Position numbers and translations under genes: made by a program. From the human T2T-CHM13v2.0 reference genome, Homo sapiens: a DNA stretch of 64,000 bases. Below the pieces are notes generated by a model that worked only from the letters and a program-made list of their open reading frames with translations, did not search any database and was not told the origin of the DNA. The stretch lies in NCBI RefSeq assembly GCF_009914755.1, contig NC_060930.1; one strand, 5' to 3'. Every line of letters starts with the position of its first letter. Position 1 is the first letter of the stretch. Shown here piece by piece: positions 61,860-64,000 of this stretch.

Positions 61860-64000
61860 TAAGAAAACACAAATTAGTACTACTAGGGATAAGGCAGGGG
61901 ATATTACTATAGACCCTTCTAAGAAGAAAGGGAAGCACCATAAACAACTCTACACACATGCATTCAACAACTTAGATGTAGGGGCCAAATCTCAGAAAAG
62001 CACAGGTGACCACAACCCCCCAATACCAAACAGGTTCTTTAAAGAACTTCATAACTGTTAAAGAAATTGAATCCGTAGTTTGCAAACTCCCCTCAAAAGA
62101 GGTCTCTAGCCCAGAGGTGTCACTCGGTAATTTACCATATGTTTAAAGAAGAATTAATGCTAGTTCTACATTCTCTTCCAGAAAATACAAGAAGATAGAC
62201 CATTCCCCAGTGAGGCCAGTATTACCCTGACACCCAAACCAGACAAAAAAAAAATAGTGCAAAATAGAAAACTACAGGCCATTATCCCTTTTGAATGTAG
62301 GTACAAAAATCTTGAACAAAATATGAGTGAATCAAATCCAGCAATTAATTATACACTATGACCAAGTGGCTGGTTTAGTACTTAAAAATCAGTCAGTGAA
62401 ACCCTCCATATTAATAGATTAAGGAAGAAAAGTCACATGATCATATGAATCATTCAGAAAAAGGATTTGACAAAATTCAGTGCCCATTCATGGTTAAAAA
62501 AAAAAAAAACTTTCAGAAAAATGATAATGGAGGAGATCTTTCTCAACTTGATAAAGAACATCTACAAAAGCCCCTACAGCCAATGTAACACATAATAGTA
62601 AAAGACTAATTGCTTTTCTCCAATATCAGGGATATTAGGGACAGAGATGTCTGTCCTCACCACTCTTATTCAACATAGTGCTGGAAGTTCTGTCTAGTGC
62701 AGTGAGGAAAGAAAAGGAAATAAAAAGCATGCAGACAAAAAGAAGGAAACAAAACTGTCTCTATTTGCAAATGACATGATTCTCTAAATAAAAAATCCCA
62801 AGGAATCTACAAAAAAAACTAGAGCTAGGTGGGGTGTGGTGGCTCATGCCTGTAATCCCAGCACTTTGGGAGGCTGAATTAAGAGGATTACCTAAACCAA
62901 GAAGTTCAAGACCAGCCTGCGCAACATAGTAAGACCCCCATCTCTACAAAAAATTGAAAAATTAGCTGGATGTATTAGCTACTCAGGGAGCTGAGCTGGG
63001 AGGGATTGTTTGAGCCAGAGAGGTCAGGGCTCTGGTGATCCATGATCACATCACCATACTCCAGCCTGGGCAACCGAGTGAGACCCTGTCCTTAAAAAAC
63101 AAACAAAAACAAACTAGATCTAGTGAGAGTTCAGCAAGGCCTCAAGCTACAAGACCTATATACCAAAAATCACTTGCATTTCTATATACTATTAATGAAC
63201 ATATGGAAACCTAAATTTAAAAGATAGTACCACTTAACAATTGTTTCACAAAAATGAATTACCTGGGCATAAATTAAATAAACATATACAGGATCTGTAT
63301 GCTAAAAATTGCAAAATACTGATAAAAGAAATCAAAGCAAACCCAAAGAAGTGGAGACACATACCGTGTTCATGTACTGGAAGGCTCAGCAGAGACGTGG
63401 GTTCCCTCCAGACTGATGTACAGGTTTGATGTACTTGCTAGCAAAAATCCCAGCAAGGTATTTTTTTGTAGATGCGCAAGATTATTCTAAAATTTGTATG
63501 GAAGGGCAGTGAAACTAAAAGTCACGAAAATAATCTTGAAAAAGAAAAAGAAAATGGGCAGAATCACTGTATTTGATAACATACCTTGCTATATAACTGC
63601 AGTAATCAAGACAGTATAGTGTTGGTGAAGGGACAGACACAAGGTCAATGAAACAGAATAGAGAACCCAGACATAGACCCACACAAGTACCACCAGTGGA
63701 TTTGGACAAGGTGCAAAAGCAACTCATTGGAGGAAGGCAGCCTATTTAGCCAATGTGACTGGAGCACTGGATACCCATAAGCCAAAAAAAGAAAAAAAAA
63801 AAAAAAGGACCTTGTCTTTGGCCTCACACTTTTGTAAAATTAACTCAAATGGAAAATGAAATTAACTGTAAAACATAAAACTATTACACTTTTGGGAAAA
63901 AAATAGAAGATCTTTGGTATCTAGGGTCAGGCAAAGAGTTCTTAGACTTCATACCAAAAGCATAATCTATAAAAGGAAAAGTTGATAAATTGGAAACATT
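61860..64000 (+). mobile_element. Old L1 (L1MB/L1M-type) ORF2 remnant running off the window
   Basis: Degraded RT-region text (ctcaccactcttattcaacatagtgctggaagt; ctatttgcaaatgacatgat); ORF 63241..63429 resembles ORF2. Confidence 0.85.
62827..63108 (+). mobile_element. AluJ-type inserted in the old L1
   Basis: TSD aaactagagctag / aaactagatctag. Confidence 0.88.

Overview
Human (primate) genomic DNA, almost all intronic. Four GT-AG coding exons on the + strand (3767-3947, 11136-11237, 28840-29012, 38915-39007) splice in frame into a 183-codon segment I recognise as the middle of FAM120B (CCPG, chr6q27; probably exons 3-6). No further exon was found after 39007. The introns hold two near full-length older L1PA elements in head-to-head orientation around the third exon, about 16 Alus, L2/MIR/L1M relics, MaLR and ERVL LTR pieces, Tigger/MER/MADE1 DNA-transposon fossils, and four minisatellites (units about 95, 70, 88 and 61 bp). 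There are no prokaryote-type systems or CRISPR arrays, and I cannot support a claim of a wholly new biological system. The most unusual features are: a 163-bp polyadenylated non-L1 retro-insert with a perfect 15-bp TSD nested in L1 ORF1; a minisatellite built from a Tigger3 segment; hairpin- and CpG-rich VNTRs; repeated re-use of single L1-endonuclease target sites; and an inverted L1 pair around the LxxLL-encoding exon. Repeat subfamily names are from recalled consensus sequences and need RepeatMasker/Dfam confirmation. Repeat boundaries are approximate unless a TSD is quoted.
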